Shown: one piece after another, positions 18,548 to 29,102 of the stretch
Numbering within the stretch: position 1 is the stretch's first letter
Layout of the letters: each line of letters starts with the position of its first letter
Source of the DNA: Candidatus Altiarchaeota archaeon
GTDB taxonomy: Archaea; Altiarchaeota; Altiarchaeia; IMC4; SCGC-AAA252-I15
Direction of reading: 5' to 3'
NCBI GenBank assembly: GCA_043813075.1
Contig: JBDRLL010000036.1
Coordinates: 56,303-120,302 of the forward strand
DNA length: 64,000 nucleotides
Notes under the pieces: model-generated
The model's database searches: none
What the model was told of the DNA's origin: nothing
What the model saw: the letters and a program-made list of their open reading frames with translations, nothing else
Program-made: the position numbers and the translations under genes

Positions 18548-20374
18548 TCACTTGATGTAGCCTATCTCCCTGAGCCTGCTTTTGATGTCCTCCTGCAGGG
18601 GGGTTTCGACCAGGCTCCTGTTGGAAAGCGTCTCGTATGTTGGAATGCGGGTGATATTCCCATCACCATGCCTGCCTGGCTTGAGCATCTTAAGCACGAC
18701 ACTACCATCCATGTCTGATGCGGGAGGAAGCCCCAGCACATGCAGGAGTGTGGGCGTGAAATCGAGCACAGACGCCCTGCACGTCGCATTCCTCCTGAAC
18801 GGTGGTCCTGCCGCTATGAGAACCCCGTCCAACTGATGAATAGCGAACGTGTCGTTTGACCCTTCAATAGACGACGGATCAACAGGCTCGAATCCATGGT
18901 CAGACAGGATTATGAACGACGTGCCCTCACCCGCACCATCTATGAATTCGCCTATAAGCTCGTCATAAAACTCATAGTACAGGGGTATGGTATCCCTGAA
19001 GGCCATCACCTCGTTCTCGTTGAAAACACGGCCCTCATACGCGCTAGTGTTCATGTAGCCCCAGAAATAGTGCATCAATATGTCCGCGCCCTCGAGATAG
19101 ACGAACAATACGTCAGGCTCGCGAGTACGGTACAGGTGCTTGGCGGACTCTGCGTAGCTGACGTCCAGACTGTACGAGAGCTTAATCCTGTTCAACTGGC
19201 TGGTGTGAACGTGGTCTGAGACGTCCTCGCTGTAGCCGTATCCGAGAGCATCCTCGTGATAAAAACGCTTGACCGCCGTGAGGCCCACCCTCGGCGGAGT
19301 CAAAACAAACCCGCTGAGCTCGCCACTCAACTGTTCAGGGTATGTTATGCTACCAAGATTGCTCACGCTCCTGTTCGTATGCCACGGAAGATACACGAGG
19401 TGGTCTGACACCATGAAACCGTTCACCTCCTCTGCAGGCCACGTGCTCCACAGGCCCACGAAACCGACGGAGACGTTATGCTCGCTGAGGATGTTCCATA
19501 GTGCCTTGGTCTTACGGAAGGATGATGTTGGGGGGGTCGTGTGAGCCCTGACCAGGTTGTCTTCAAGCACGTATAGCGTGTATTCTGTGATGCCGTGCTT
19601 GTCAGGTGTTTTGCCAGTGAATATGGAGGTCCATACTACGGGGGATGCTATGTACCCGGCATACTCCATCGATGTGAAGTTGCATGACACGCCGAGGTCA
19701 ACAAGCTTTTTAATGTTGGGGAGCCTGCCTTCCTCCATAAGAGGCTGCAGCAGCCTCCATGTGGCGCCGTCAAAGCCTATGATTATGAACTTGCCGGAGC
19801 CCACCGCAGTCGTGCCAGACCCCGTAGGAGGTTTGTCCACATCATCCTTCAGGGGGATTGAGAGGACGACCGCTATGACCACGATTACCTTGAGCATCAG
19901 CGAGAGACGTGAACCCAGGGAACGTTCCGTAAGCCCGAGGAAGTCACGCATAAGGTTCAGTAAAGCAGGTACCAGGATGAGGAACAGCAGGAATAGGAGG
20001 TACATGAGGGATAGTGAGGCGGCGATTGGCGAACCCATAAGCTCCAGTGAGGATGCGGTGACCATGATGCTCACCATGGTAAAATTAATTACAAAAACAG
20101 GGTGGCATCCAGCCGCCCACCCCAGCAACCTTAGGAGAAGCGAAATCACGGCATAAGACAACAAGCCGAGGACGCAGCCGATAAGAGCATAGGTCGACAA
20201 GAGCCTTAATATCACTCCGGACGTGTCGCCGGAATACCAGCCCACATTCAGTATTATGCCAGCATCCAGGAGATAGATGAGCAATGCAACGGGAAACATG
20301 AGGGACACTATTCCAGGCAGAAATGACTTGCACGCGAACTTCAATGCTGACGTTAAGAAGTCAGGAAACTTCAT
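18548..20374 (-). CDS. Membrane-bound alkaline phosphatase/phosphodiesterase-family protein
   Basis: Several N-terminal TMs; IGFDGATW, SPVVWTSIFTG..P..HGI, LSDHGF, C-terminal RLREIGY. Confidence 0.85.
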   Translation of the reverse strand: MKFPDFLTSALKFACKSFLPGIVSLMFPVALLIYLLDAGIILNVGWYSGDTSGVILRLLSTYALIGCVLGLLSYAVISLLLRLLGWAAGCHPVFVINFTMVSIMVTASSLELMGSPIAASLSLMYLLFLLFLILVPALLNLMRDFLGLTERSLGSRLSLMLKVIVVIAVVLSIPLKDDVDKPPTGSGTTAVGSGKFIIIGFDGATWRLLQPLMEEGRLPNIKKLVDLGVSCNFTSMEYAGYIASPVVWTSIFTGKTPDKHGITEYTLYVLEDNLVRAHTTPPTSSFRKTKALWNILSEHNVSVGFVGLWSTWPAEEVNGFMVSDHLVYLPWHTNRSVSNLGSITYPEQLSGELSGFVLTPPRVGLTAVKRFYHEDALGYGYSEDVSDHVHTSQLNRIKLSYSLDVSYAESAKHLYRTREPDVLFVYLEGADILMHYFWGYMNTSAYEGRVFNENEVMAFRDTIPLYYEFYDELIGEFIDGAGEGTSFIILSDHGFEPVDPSSIEGSNDTFAIHQLDGVLIAAGPPFRRNATCRASVLDFTPTLLHVLGLPPASDMDGSVVLKMLKPGRHGDGNITRIPTYETLSNRSLVETPLQEDIKSRLREIGYIK

Positions 20375-22073
20375 CTGGAACCTCCCTTAGGGAGATGTTA
20401 TACAATACAGCCCGGTACACGCCCCTCTCAATCCCCTTGTGATGCCAGTCCTCATTCTCCATTGAGAAGACGGGGGTGACGTCAAAACGGTCGTATAACT
20501 CGAGCCCATACATCCCGGTAAGCGGGAGAACAGCCTTGGTGCGCAAGTCATACAGCTCCCCCCGGGATATGTCGAAGCGCAGGTTAGAGTATACTTTCCC
20601 GGTCTGCGTGTTCTTCAGCATCATATCCTCCTTGCTGTAGGCGAGGAAGTCCTCGATGAGTATGTCATAACCCAGGCCCTGGGTCGTAGCGTAAACGGAA
20701 GTGCCGTGACGTAATACCCCCTCAAGGTAATCCAGGTGAGCCTTGATCTTATCCGGATAAATGAGGTCGTTGCCGCTCGGATGGCCTGTAGAATTCCGCC
20801 GGGCATAATACTCATAATGCTGGCTCTCATCCATCGCGATTATCAGGGAGTCCTCCCCAGTAACCTCCCTTATCCTTTTAGCGAACTCGCACGGCCCACA
20901 ATAGCTGCGCCTGTACTCCACTATGGGGTATATGTTGTACATCATCAGGGAGACCAGTATGAACAGGACTATTCCGGCGGCAGCATCCTTGTATCTCAGC
21001 CTAATCCTGTCCAGCGAGTAAGACATCATGACGACTGGCACAGCAAGCGCGGGTATCACAAACCTCGGGGAAGTGGATATCAGATTCCCGAGATACATGA
21101 AGAACGCCAGGAACCATAGGGACAAGGCGGCACACAAGTGCCTGTCCTCAACCCACAGGTAATACAAGCCGCCCAGGAACAAGACCCATCCTATCCAGGT
21201 CAAAGAGAACGTGGCCCAATCCAGGGACTTCGTCAGGTTCGGGGTGAACAATCCGAATCCACGGTTCGTCTCAGACCCTACGGAACGCATCTTCCCAGGC
21301 AGCGAGAACGAGGGGTCATCCATCATCTTGGGAACGAAGAAGAGGGTGAACACGATGAACGCGGGTACCGCTAGGACTAGGATCTCCCTCAATAGTTCGC
21401 CGTAAGTCTTTGACAGCATTATCTTAGTCTTCTTCCTGGATTTCTTCACCTCAACGGGCATGCTGCCGTGAGCGTAAAGCAGGATGAATGCGGGGAAAAG
21501 AAGTGCGCTCGTCTGGCGTATGGCCATCGTAAAGCCAAGGAGGCACGATGCCAAAGCCAAAAGCCTTAACGACTTCCTCTCGCCCGCCTCCAGGACAACA
21601 TAGGCTGACAGCAGCAGGAAGAACAATTCCATGCCATGCCCCTTACCGTAGGTTGAAAGCGAAAGGTGGACTGGCAGGAACGTCAGTATCAGGCCAGCGT
21701 ATATGCCAGCGTAATCAGAGTTGAACAGCCTTCTCGCAAGCAAGTATGCCGCCGGAATGCATAGGGCGCCGAAGAGGACTCCAGCGAACAATACCGCAGA
21801 CTCCGCGCTGGTCGCGCCCAACAACTTGAACACCGCGTAAGTGAGCGTCATCAGCACCGCCTCCCCAGGGTAACCCAGCTCCCCCTGCAGGTAGTGGAGC
21901 CTCCCTGTGGCGAGGGTGTCTTCAGCAGCCCTCGCGCCGATGACAGAGTCAGTGTGCCACAGGCCCGCTGACTTGAAGTAATACCTCACTCCAAAAGCGA
22001 TGAGGAACAATACCAGCGCTATCTTAAGCTCCCTGACGCCCAAACCCGGCTTCCTCAACTTCCGCATCCGCAC
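20361..22073 (-). CDS. GT-C fold (ArnT/PMT-like) membrane glycosyltransferase
   Basis: More than 10 TMs; R...WHTDS first loop; PRF; extracellular C-terminal domain. Confidence 0.72.
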   Translation of the reverse strand: MRMRKLRKPGLGVRELKIALVLFLIAFGVRYYFKSAGLWHTDSVIGARAAEDTLATGRLHYLQGELGYPGEAVLMTLTYAVFKLLGATSAESAVLFAGVLFGALCIPAAYLLARRLFNSDYAGIYAGLILTFLPVHLSLSTYGKGHGMELFFLLLSAYVVLEAGERKSLRLLALASCLLGFTMAIRQTSALLFPAFILLYAHGSMPVEVKKSRKKTKIMLSKTYGELLREILVLAVPAFIVFTLFFVPKMMDDPSFSLPGKMRSVGSETNRGFGLFTPNLTKSLDWATFSLTWIGWVLFLGGLYYLWVEDRHLCAALSLWFLAFFMYLGNLISTSPRFVIPALAVPVVMMSYSLDRIRLRYKDAAAGIVLFILVSLMMYNIYPIVEYRRSYCGPCEFAKRIREVTGEDSLIIAMDESQHYEYYARRNSTGHPSGNDLIYPDKIKAHLDYLEGVLRHGTSVYATTQGLGYDILIEDFLAYSKEDMMLKNTQTGKVYSNLRFDISRGELYDLRTKAVLPLTGMYGLELYDRFDVTPVFSMENEDWHHKGIERGVYRAVLYNISLREVPDEVS

Positions 22074-23524
22074 TCCTCCCCGCCAGAACCCAGAGACGAC
22101 ACGTGACCCCTCAATACGGCGAGACCACCCCTCAACAGCAGCTTCAAGTCCGGGACGCTCCTGACGGACATGACCTTATTGAATATGAACCCTGGCCTGA
22201 AATACACTTCACGCCAGGCCCTAGAGCACAATTCGACTATCTCCTTGGACGGTATGTTCGGGTTAACGAGGGAGGGGACGCTCATGTCATACTTCTCCCA
22301 CTCGCCCTCAGGGAAACGCAGCCACCCGTTCTTCCTAGCCTCCTCGAACAAGACTGTGCCGGGATAGACTATGGGTATGGAGAACTGGACGGTGTCTACG
22401 TCAAGCTCCTTAACGAACTCTATTGTCCTACGCAAATCCCCCCTAGTCTCCCAGGGGTATCCGAGCATCACGGTGCCGTGACGCATTATGCCAACATCCT
22501 TCGCAGCCTTGAAGCTGGCCCGGACCTGCTCGATAGTGTACCCCTTCCGTATCCTCTCGAGCGTGTCAGGGCTCGCGCTCTCGATGCCGAACTTTATGAG
22601 CCGGCAGCCGGCAGCCCTCATCTTCCCGAGAATCCCCGCGTCCACATTGTCCACCCTGCCGTTGCACGACCACACGACCTTTATGCCCCTGTCGACTATC
22701 CCGTCGCAGAACTCCTCCATCCACTCCCGGTTGCACGTGAAAGTGTCGTCGTCAAAGAATATCTCCCTCACGCCATGCTCCGCAACAAGCATCTGCATCT
22801 CATGGAGAACACTCTTAACGCTCCTGAACCGGACCTTGTTATGATAAAGCATCTGAGGCCACGAGCAGAAAGTGCACCTGTAGGGGCAGCCGCGGGAGGC
22901 CATCATGTAGGTGAATTCATCGTAAAGCCTCCACGACTCATGGTATTTGCGCCAGGGTATTATGGTCCGGTCTATGAAAGGCATGGAATCCAGGTCCTCG
23001 ACGAGCTCGTATGGGCCGGTGTTCTTCACAACACCATCCTCGCGATAGTATATTCCGGGGGGCATGCCAGACCCGGAATCAATGTGTCTGGCCAGCTTTA
23101 GCATGCTCACGTCGTAGTCGCCGCCGGTGATGACATAGTCGAGCAGTGAATTCTCCATCGACTCCTCAGGTAGGACGGACACGTGGTCGCCGCAGACCGC
23201 GATCTTGATGTCTGGGAGCGCGTCCTTAATCCTGCCGACAGTCACCCAACTCTGCTTTATGGTGGGGGTCTTGGCCTCGTACACAAGCAAGTCAGGATTG
23301 TTCTCAGACAGCCGTTGGATGAATTCATCATCGGTCATGGACTCGCTTATAGCGTCGATGAATCTGACGTCATAGCCCTCCTTGCTCCAGAGGGTCACGC
23401 CCATGGCGGGAGTCATCGGGTAGATGAGCTCGTTGTCGCCCCTCATCTTCGCGAACCTGTTCTGACTCAACGTGATGAATCCTTCACCGCTCTTGAAAGG
23501 CAGATACGCGAAAACAGTCTTCAT
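22055..23524 (-). CDS. Cobalamin-binding radical SAM protein (HpnJ-like)
   Basis: N-terminal B12-type Rossmann region (GDHVS.LP), SRGCPYRCTFC, FDDDTF, FGIESAS, MLGYPWET, YPGT. Confidence 0.88.
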   Translation of the reverse strand: MKTVFAYLPFKSGEGFITLSQNRFAKMRGDNELIYPMTPAMGVTLWSKEGYDVRFIDAISESMTDDEFIQRLSENNPDLLVYEAKTPTIKQSWVTVGRIKDALPDIKIAVCGDHVSVLPEESMENSLLDYVITGGDYDVSMLKLARHIDSGSGMPPGIYYREDGVVKNTGPYELVEDLDSMPFIDRTIIPWRKYHESWRLYDEFTYMMASRGCPYRCTFCSWPQMLYHNKVRFRSVKSVLHEMQMLVAEHGVREIFFDDDTFTCNREWMEEFCDGIVDRGIKVVWSCNGRVDNVDAGILGKMRAAGCRLIKFGIESASPDTLERIRKGYTIEQVRASFKAAKDVGIMRHGTVMLGYPWETRGDLRRTIEFVKELDVDTVQFSIPIVYPGTVLFEEARKNGWLRFPEGEWEKYDMSVPSLVNPNIPSKEIVELCSRAWREVYFRPGFIFNKVMSVRSVPDLKLLLRGGLAVLRGHVSSLGSGGEECGCGS

Positions 23525-24483
23525 AAACCGACCCTTGATATCTTTATGCCCGAGCCACCAGCAGTCCTACACCCCATGAACTTCCTGAAAAGGCCGTACA
23601 CGAATCCCAGACCATAAGACACGTGTATGATGGGGTAGAGAAGCCACATGGCTGGGAACACCATGAACTCCCTCCGGTCCAATGCGAACTTGAGGCTGGT
23701 CAGGCCCGTGAGGGTTAAGTATAGTAGTAGGGGGAGAATATAAAAAAACCATCCGGTGGAGAGGATAACTGGGATGATCGACAGGAGATAGGCTGCGAAC
23801 CCCGTGGGCATGAGGAAAAGCGGCCTGAAACACGATGGCTGCATGAGAATCTGCTCCATCCTACCACGCCCATACCCTATGTTCTTCCGTATTATCTTGG
23901 ATATGGTGCCGGCCCTGCTGTGGTGCACGAGAGCCTTAGGGTCGTATATCATACGGTATCCCCTGGACGCCATCCTGTTGAAGAACTCGTTCTCCTCGTT
24001 GGGATAGAGGTCGGCGTGCAAGCCGCCCTCCTTCAGGTAATAATCCCTCCTGCACGACAGGTTGCACAGCACCAGGTGGGTCTCATCAGCGTCCCTGACG
24101 CCGCCTATAGGACGGAACCTATACCTCATGCTGCCTGCGCCGATCGCGGACTCCATCGTGTAGCCGAAACACCTCGCGAGCAGTGGATCCGACTCGGGAG
24201 TCACCATAGGCCCCCCGACCACCGCAACCCTTTCGTCGTCGTAATAGTGGAGGGTGTGCTCGAGAAGGTCCGGCTCCACCACCACGTCGTCGTCGAGGAA
24301 GTAGACTATGTCGCCGGAAGCCTCCGCCGCCGCCTTGTTCCGCTGCTCTGAAGGAGACTTGCCTTCCGCAACAACAACCTCCATTAGCTCCCGCGGGAAA
24401 TCGAGCTTCCTCAGTGATGCGACACATACGTCCGGCCTTAAGCCAGGCCCTATCGGTATTATGAAACTAACCTTCCCCTGCAT
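23521..24483 (-). CDS. GT2 glycosyltransferase with C-terminal TMs
   Basis: VSFIIP, QRN, FLDDD, NEE.EF..R, YGRGR. Confidence 0.88.
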   Translation of the reverse strand: MQGKVSFIIPIGPGLRPDVCVASLRKLDFPRELMEVVVAEGKSPSEQRNKAAAEASGDIVYFLDDDVVVEPDLLEHTLHYYDDERVAVVGGPMVTPESDPLLARCFGYTMESAIGAGSMRYRFRPIGGVRDADETHLVLCNLSCRRDYYLKEGGLHADLYPNEENEFFNRMASRGYRMIYDPKALVHHSRAGTISKIIRKNIGYGRGRMEQILMQPSCFRPLFLMPTGFAAYLLSIIPVILSTGWFFYILPLLLYLTLTGLTSLKFALDRREFMVFPAMWLLYPIIHVSYGLGFVYGLFRKFMGCRTAGGSGIKISRVGL

Positions 24484-25486
24484 CTTTTGTGAATAAGTTT
24501 AATGAAACACCCTTCTTATATGCGATCAGATAACCCAACGCCACTTGAGGCAGTATGGACAGTATGAGCAGCATGAAAGACACTGCAATCATCGTCTCAG
24601 CCTGAACGCCCAGCAGGGAGAACAACAACACCAACCCCACGTCACGGGTGCCTATGCCCAGCACGGATATGGGAAGCACCTCTATCATCAACACTATGGG
24701 CATCACGAAAAGCAGGGAGAGCATGCTGAAGTGGACGCCAACCCCCTCCCCGAGTATGTAGGGCCTCAGGAAGAGTATCGTCCACGAGGCTGCTGTGAGG
24801 AGTATAAGCTGCATGAGGAAGACGGGTTCGTGTATCACACGGAGTGTGGCGTGGAATTCCCTCAAAAGCCGCTTGGAGTGGCCCTTGAACCTGTCAGGGA
24901 TTATGAAACGCTGGACAGGCCTCATGAAAAACTCGGTTGTGCGGGTTGAGAAGAGTATCAGCGTGAATGAAGCAAGCATCACCGCCATCAGGAGTATCAA
25001 GAGTATGTTGTAGGAGGAGCCGCTTATCAGGAGGATTACGAAAACGTATCCCGTCGAGGCTGCGATGCAGATGTAGAAGAAGTCCAGCAGCCGGTCCACT
25101 ATCTCAACGCTCAAAGCCTTGTCAAGCTTCAATCCCCGGTCCCTCAAGTCGAAGGCCTTGACTATGTCTCCGACACGCCCGGGTGTCACCGCGCCGAATG
25201 CTATGCCCATGATGAAGGTCTGGAAACTGTCTGTGACACTGTATTCCCTGAGGAACCTGCCGGCCAGGAGCTTCCACCGGAGGGAGCGCAGGAAGACTTC
25301 CATGCCGACGGTGACAAGGCACAGTAATATGTAGATGGGGTGCATTGAGGATATCATCCCGATAGTCGCTGGCACGTTTATCTGGGAGAGTACTAGCATG
25401 AAGAGTATCAACCCGAAAAACGAGAGGTGACGCGAGGATATTTCCATCATCCGAACCTCAGACAGACATTCTGAGACGTAAAACAT
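24467..25486 (-). CDS. Lysylphosphatidylglycerol-synthase-TM (flippase-like) membrane protein; start probably near 25450
   Basis: RSLRWK, TPGRVGD..K, DRLLD, LPIS..GIG.RD. Confidence 0.85.
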   Translation of the reverse strand: MFYVSECLSEVRMMEISSRHLSFFGLILFMLVLSQINVPATIGMISSMHPIYILLCLVTVGMEVFLRSLRWKLLAGRFLREYSVTDSFQTFIMGIAFGAVTPGRVGDIVKAFDLRDRGLKLDKALSVEIVDRLLDFFYICIAASTGYVFVILLISGSSYNILLILLMAVMLASFTLILFSTRTTEFFMRPVQRFIIPDRFKGHSKRLLREFHATLRVIHEPVFLMQLILLTAASWTILFLRPYILGEGVGVHFSMLSLLFVMPIVLMIEVLPISVLGIGTRDVGLVLLFSLLGVQAETMIAVSFMLLILSILPQVALGYLIAYKKGVSLNLFTKDAGEG

Positions 25487-26156
25487 CTATGGGATACTTT
25501 AGTATTATATTCCAGTTAAGCTTGGACGAGCCGGAAGCCCTCGGCTTGAATATTATCGGCACCTCCCGCATGCTGAAGCCCGCCTTCATACAACGGTAGA
25601 GTATCTCAGCGCCAACCGAGTATCCGGTCGAGACGAAGTTGTCCAAGTCCAATGCCTCCAAAACCTCACGCCGATAGCACTTGAAGCCGCCGCTGCTGTC
25701 GTGCACGCCAAGGCCCAGCACGACCTTGTTGAACATGTTGGACATCTTGGACAGCATGTTCTGGATGAAAATCTTGTGCTCTGTGTCGCCGCCGTCAACA
25801 TACCTGGAGCCTATGACCACGTCAGCATCCCCGATGTTCTCCAGCAGCAGCGGTATGTACTTGGGGTCATGGCTGAAGTCCGCGTCCATCTCCACCACGA
25901 CGTCGTAGCCGTTTTCAAGGGCGTGCTTGAAGCCTGCGACACCAGCGCTCGCCCGGCCGCGCACTCCAGTGCGGACCAGCAGGTGTATCCTATCGTCATC
26001 CTTCGCAAGTTCTGCGACAAGCTCGTCCGTGCCGTCCGGACTGTCGTCGTCCACCACAAGGACTTCCAGGCGCTCGTCCTGCGAGAGCACTGACTTTATG
26101 ATCCTGGTTATGTTGCCCCGCTCATTGTAGGTTGGAAGCATTACGATAGGCTTCAT
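25458..26156 (-). CDS. Polyprenol-phosphate hexose (mannose-type) synthase, GT2 Dpm1-like
   Basis: PTYNE, VDDDSPDGT, EMDADFSHDP, GSRY, D.SGGFKCYR. Confidence 0.92.
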   Translation of the reverse strand: MKPIVMLPTYNERGNITRIIKSVLSQDERLEVLVVDDDSPDGTDELVAELAKDDDRIHLLVRTGVRGRASAGVAGFKHALENGYDVVVEMDADFSHDPKYIPLLLENIGDADVVIGSRYVDGGDTEHKIFIQNMLSKMSNMFNKVVLGLGVHDSSGGFKCYRREVLEALDLDNFVSTGYSVGAEILYRCMKAGFSMREVPIIFKPRASGSSKLNWNIILKYPIDVLRLRMSV

Positions 26157-26182
26157 TACAGCTAATCATTGAGACAGGGGGA

Positions 26183-27802
26183 TTAAATACGCTCGGGATT
26201 CTCGAACACAACGTAATGAACATGATTGCTGGTTGGAAAGCCGAGATAGTCCATGAAGGATGTCCTCAACCCGGGAGGCCTCTGTTGCGAGGATTCGATC
26301 TCATAGACCATGCTCCAGTTCGAGACCGTATCCAGGAGGGGCGAGAATTCGGTTCCATTAAGGTCGTTCAGCACCCACACTGGGAATACCGCGTAATCAA
26401 TGTTCTCGACACTCAGGTTCCGGGTGAAGTCGCTGGGGGAAGTTCCGACGAGATAACGGTCGTAGGGTATGAGATTCAAGCCGTAGTACGAGAATATCTG
26501 GCGGAAGCTGACTTCATCAGCCTTTGTGTCGGGGGTGATCATCGTGAAGGCGACAAAATCCCCCTCCACAACCCTCTGGTCGATGAAGTCATTCATCATC
26601 ATCACCTCCTGGACGGGAGTCATCGACGCCTGGCAGAATACAAAAGCCTCCACCCCACACCAGAAGGTGAAGATGAATGGTATGGCGGTTAAGACGACAA
26701 CCCTCCTGGGGTGGACTGCAGCAAGATGATTGATTACGCGCTTAAGGAAGAATACGGGGGTTATCGAGAGTATGTAGACTACGGGGATGAGCATGTGGTC
26801 CGCCCGGTTGACCATCAAGAGGAACAAGAGATAGGAGTGGAGGTACACGAAAACTATGCGCCTCAGATTATCGTTCGAGATGACGAACAAACCCATCAGG
26901 GACATTATAAAAAACGATGAGAAGACTCCGGAGAGGATCATCTTATGGTCGACAGGCATGAGGGAGTATAATATCAGGGGGATGAATAGCACGAACTCCG
27001 CCCTGACGCCGGAATTGCCGGCATAAAGCGAATCAACGTATTCGAGAAGCCTGCCTGAAAAACGCGACAACACGAGTAATAGGATGGGGGAGCCTAGGAC
27101 AACGAGGAGGTATAAGCGCGAGAACTTCTGGAAATCCCTCAGAAAACCGTTGGAGTCAAACAACAGCATTAATGAGACGAATATAATCAATGGCGCCAGA
27201 GAGAGAAAAAGCGACTTGAACAGATGCTTCCTCGAATTCCAGAATAAGACTAGGGCAATCGAGAAGACAAACACCAGCCCGGAATATTCAACAAGTGTTG
27301 CAGCACCCACGAGTATGCTGGACAATGCCAGGTCCCTCTCCCGCCCGGACTCCAGGAAGTTTTGCAGGAAGTATATCGACGCCAGGACCAGGACGCTAAG
27401 GCAGTTGTTGGCGAAACCCATGCGACCCCAGAACACCAACTCCGGAGTCAACGCATATAATAGGCCCGCCAAAAACCCGTATCCTGCACCCAGGATGCGC
27501 GAGACGATAGCGTAGACTATGATCATGCCTATTAGGGACATGACTACTGAGAATATCCTTATTGCGAGCATTCCTGGACCCAGAAGTTTTATTGGGAGTA
27601 TCAGGGATAGGAAGTATGCGGGAGGATGGGGTATGAAATGGTATTTGTAGGCGAACAATCGTGGGGTCCCAGCCATCAGGTTAACAGCGTAATTCACGTT
27701 AGCGTTCTCGTCCGGATCCCATTTAGGCACTGAAGACAGGTTGACGAGCCTCAATGACAATGCGAGCAGTATCACCAGCAGTATTCGATAGTCTATTCTC
27801 AA
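26183..27802 (-). CDS. GT-C fold (GT39/ArnT-like) membrane glycosyltransferase
   Basis: LRL...DPDE, HPPAYF, IR..S motifs; many TMs. Confidence 0.8.
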   Translation of the reverse strand: MRIDYRILLVILLALSLRLVNLSSVPKWDPDENANVNYAVNLMAGTPRLFAYKYHFIPHPPAYFLSLILPIKLLGPGMLAIRIFSVVMSLIGMIIVYAIVSRILGAGYGFLAGLLYALTPELVFWGRMGFANNCLSVLVLASIYFLQNFLESGRERDLALSSILVGAATLVEYSGLVFVFSIALVLFWNSRKHLFKSLFLSLAPLIIFVSLMLLFDSNGFLRDFQKFSRLYLLVVLGSPILLLVLSRFSGRLLEYVDSLYAGNSGVRAEFVLFIPLILYSLMPVDHKMILSGVFSSFFIMSLMGLFVISNDNLRRIVFVYLHSYLLFLLMVNRADHMLIPVVYILSITPVFFLKRVINHLAAVHPRRVVVLTAIPFIFTFWCGVEAFVFCQASMTPVQEVMMMNDFIDQRVVEGDFVAFTMITPDTKADEVSFRQIFSYYGLNLIPYDRYLVGTSPSDFTRNLSVENIDYAVFPVWVLNDLNGTEFSPLLDTVSNWSMVYEIESSQQRPPGLRTSFMDYLGFPTSNHVHYVVFENPERI

Positions 27803-27812
27803 TGCAGGTCAC

Positions 27813-28346
27813 CTACAATGCATTCAAAGCCTCCGTGAACTCCGTGCTCCAGTCCTTCTCAAAAACCTTTCTGCCCCCGGACTCCAGCCAGGATGAGACA
27901 ACATCATAGTCTACGCCCGTGGTGGCATCCAGCTCGAGGACGTTGTTGTGGAGGGATAATGCGTCATACAATATGACTCCAGCATACTCCGCCTCCAGGT
28001 TCTCCAGTATCTTACCACGCCCATACCCCCGTTCAGACATGCGGGCGGAAAGCAGCCTCGGGTCAGCTCGCAGGACAAGCACGTGGGATACGGGCATGAA
28101 ATGGCTCAGAAGACCGTCCACCACCAGAGGCTCCTTCCCGGAACCATACTCCTTCTCGAACAGGACGCCAAGCTCGTCAACGTCAACATCGAATGTCTCA
28201 TGGTCCTTATCATAGTCCACACCAATACTCGACTTGGCGTAATCGTTCAAATCAAGGTACACTGCCTTTAAGAGAGAGGAAAGTTTCCTGGAATTTGTCG
28301 TCTTACCGGTGCAGGGGGTGCCCGAAACAGATAAACTGTAAACCAT
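27813..28346 (-). CDS. Adenylate kinase 6 / Fap7-like nucleotide kinase
   Basis: SGTPCTGKTT P-loop, VVDG.LSH, L..R...RGY...K..EN.EAE. Confidence 0.88.
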   Translation of the reverse strand: MVYSLSVSGTPCTGKTTNSRKLSSLLKAVYLDLNDYAKSSIGVDYDKDHETFDVDVDELGVLFEKEYGSGKEPLVVDGLLSHFMPVSHVLVLRADPRLLSARMSERGYGRGKILENLEAEYAGVILYDALSLHNNVLELDATTGVDYDVVSSWLESGGRKVFEKDWSTEFTEALNAL

Positions 28347-28349
28347 GCC

Positions 28350-28438
28350 GAAACCCAGTATTTTGCCTATTTATATTGCTTTTACGAATAGGTTATATAG
28401 CTAAATAAAGCATATAAAAATCGTAGGAGGTATGAAAT
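28350..28438. promoter_or_regulatory. AT-rich divergent promoter region with strong Shine-Dalgarno site for the pilin array
   Basis: TTTATA, TTATATA and ATATAAAAA boxes; GGAGGT at 28426-31, 7 nt before ATG 28439. Confidence 0.6.
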
Positions 28439-28765
28439 ATGAATAAGAACAAGGTTCTAATAAGCCTGCTGGCATGCCTTATTGTTTTTTCAATGGCAAC
28501 CACGGCAAGCGCAATATCAAACGCCATAAAACTGAGGGTTTGCTCGGTAGTAACGTCAATTTACCAGGCATTATGGGCCATTGCGCCGTCTTTCGTCGCA
28601 TTGATGTTCATATACGGCGGCGTTAAGTACGTGTACGGCGGCGATGACCCGGGAGCGCGTAAGAGCGGTAGAAACATCTGCGTGCACGCGATAATCGGCG
28701 GAATCCTTATTGCAATAGCAAGCGCTGTGATAAGCATAATAGGATTAGGATCAGGCTGCAGTTAA
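28439..28765 (+). CDS. VirB2/TrbC-like pilin 1
   Basis: Signal peptide ending ASA; two hydrophobic helices joined by YGGVKYVYGGDDPGARK; AIIG. Confidence 0.8.
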   Translation: MNKNKVLISLLACLIVFSMATTASAISNAIKLRVCSVVTSIYQALWAIAPSFVALMFIYGGVKYVYGGDDPGARKSGRNICVHAIIGGILIAIASAVISIIGLGSGCS

Positions 28766-28789
28766 ACACCTGCAACGGAAGGGTAGAAT

Positions 28790-29101
28790 ATGGAGGTTAA
28801 ACCCATCATAGCAGTTTTGGCAATAATAGGACTATCAGGGTTAGCTTCAGCAGTGGCGATCCACATAGCACCATGCAAGATTATTGTCATGGTCAGAGAC
28901 GCGATAATGTCGCTCACAGGGATAATGGTCCTGCTGATGTTCACCTACGGCGGCATTAAATACGTCTACAGCGCAGACGACGCGGGAGGCAGGAAGGCCG
29001 CTAAGAAGATATGCGAGCACGCGATAATCGGGGGGATACTAGCAGGCCTGATGAACGAGGTTTTAACCGTACTAGGCAACACACCATACTGCCCCACCTA
29101 A
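28790..29101 (+). CDS. VirB2/TrbC-like pilin 2
   Basis: Signal peptide ending ASA; YGGIKYVYSADDAGGRK; AIIG. Confidence 0.8.
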   Translation: MEVKPIIAVLAIIGLSGLASAVAIHIAPCKIIVMVRDAIMSLTGIMVLLMFTYGGIKYVYSADDAGGRKAAKKICEHAIIGGILAGLMNEVLTVLGNTPYCPT

Positions 29102-29102
29102 A

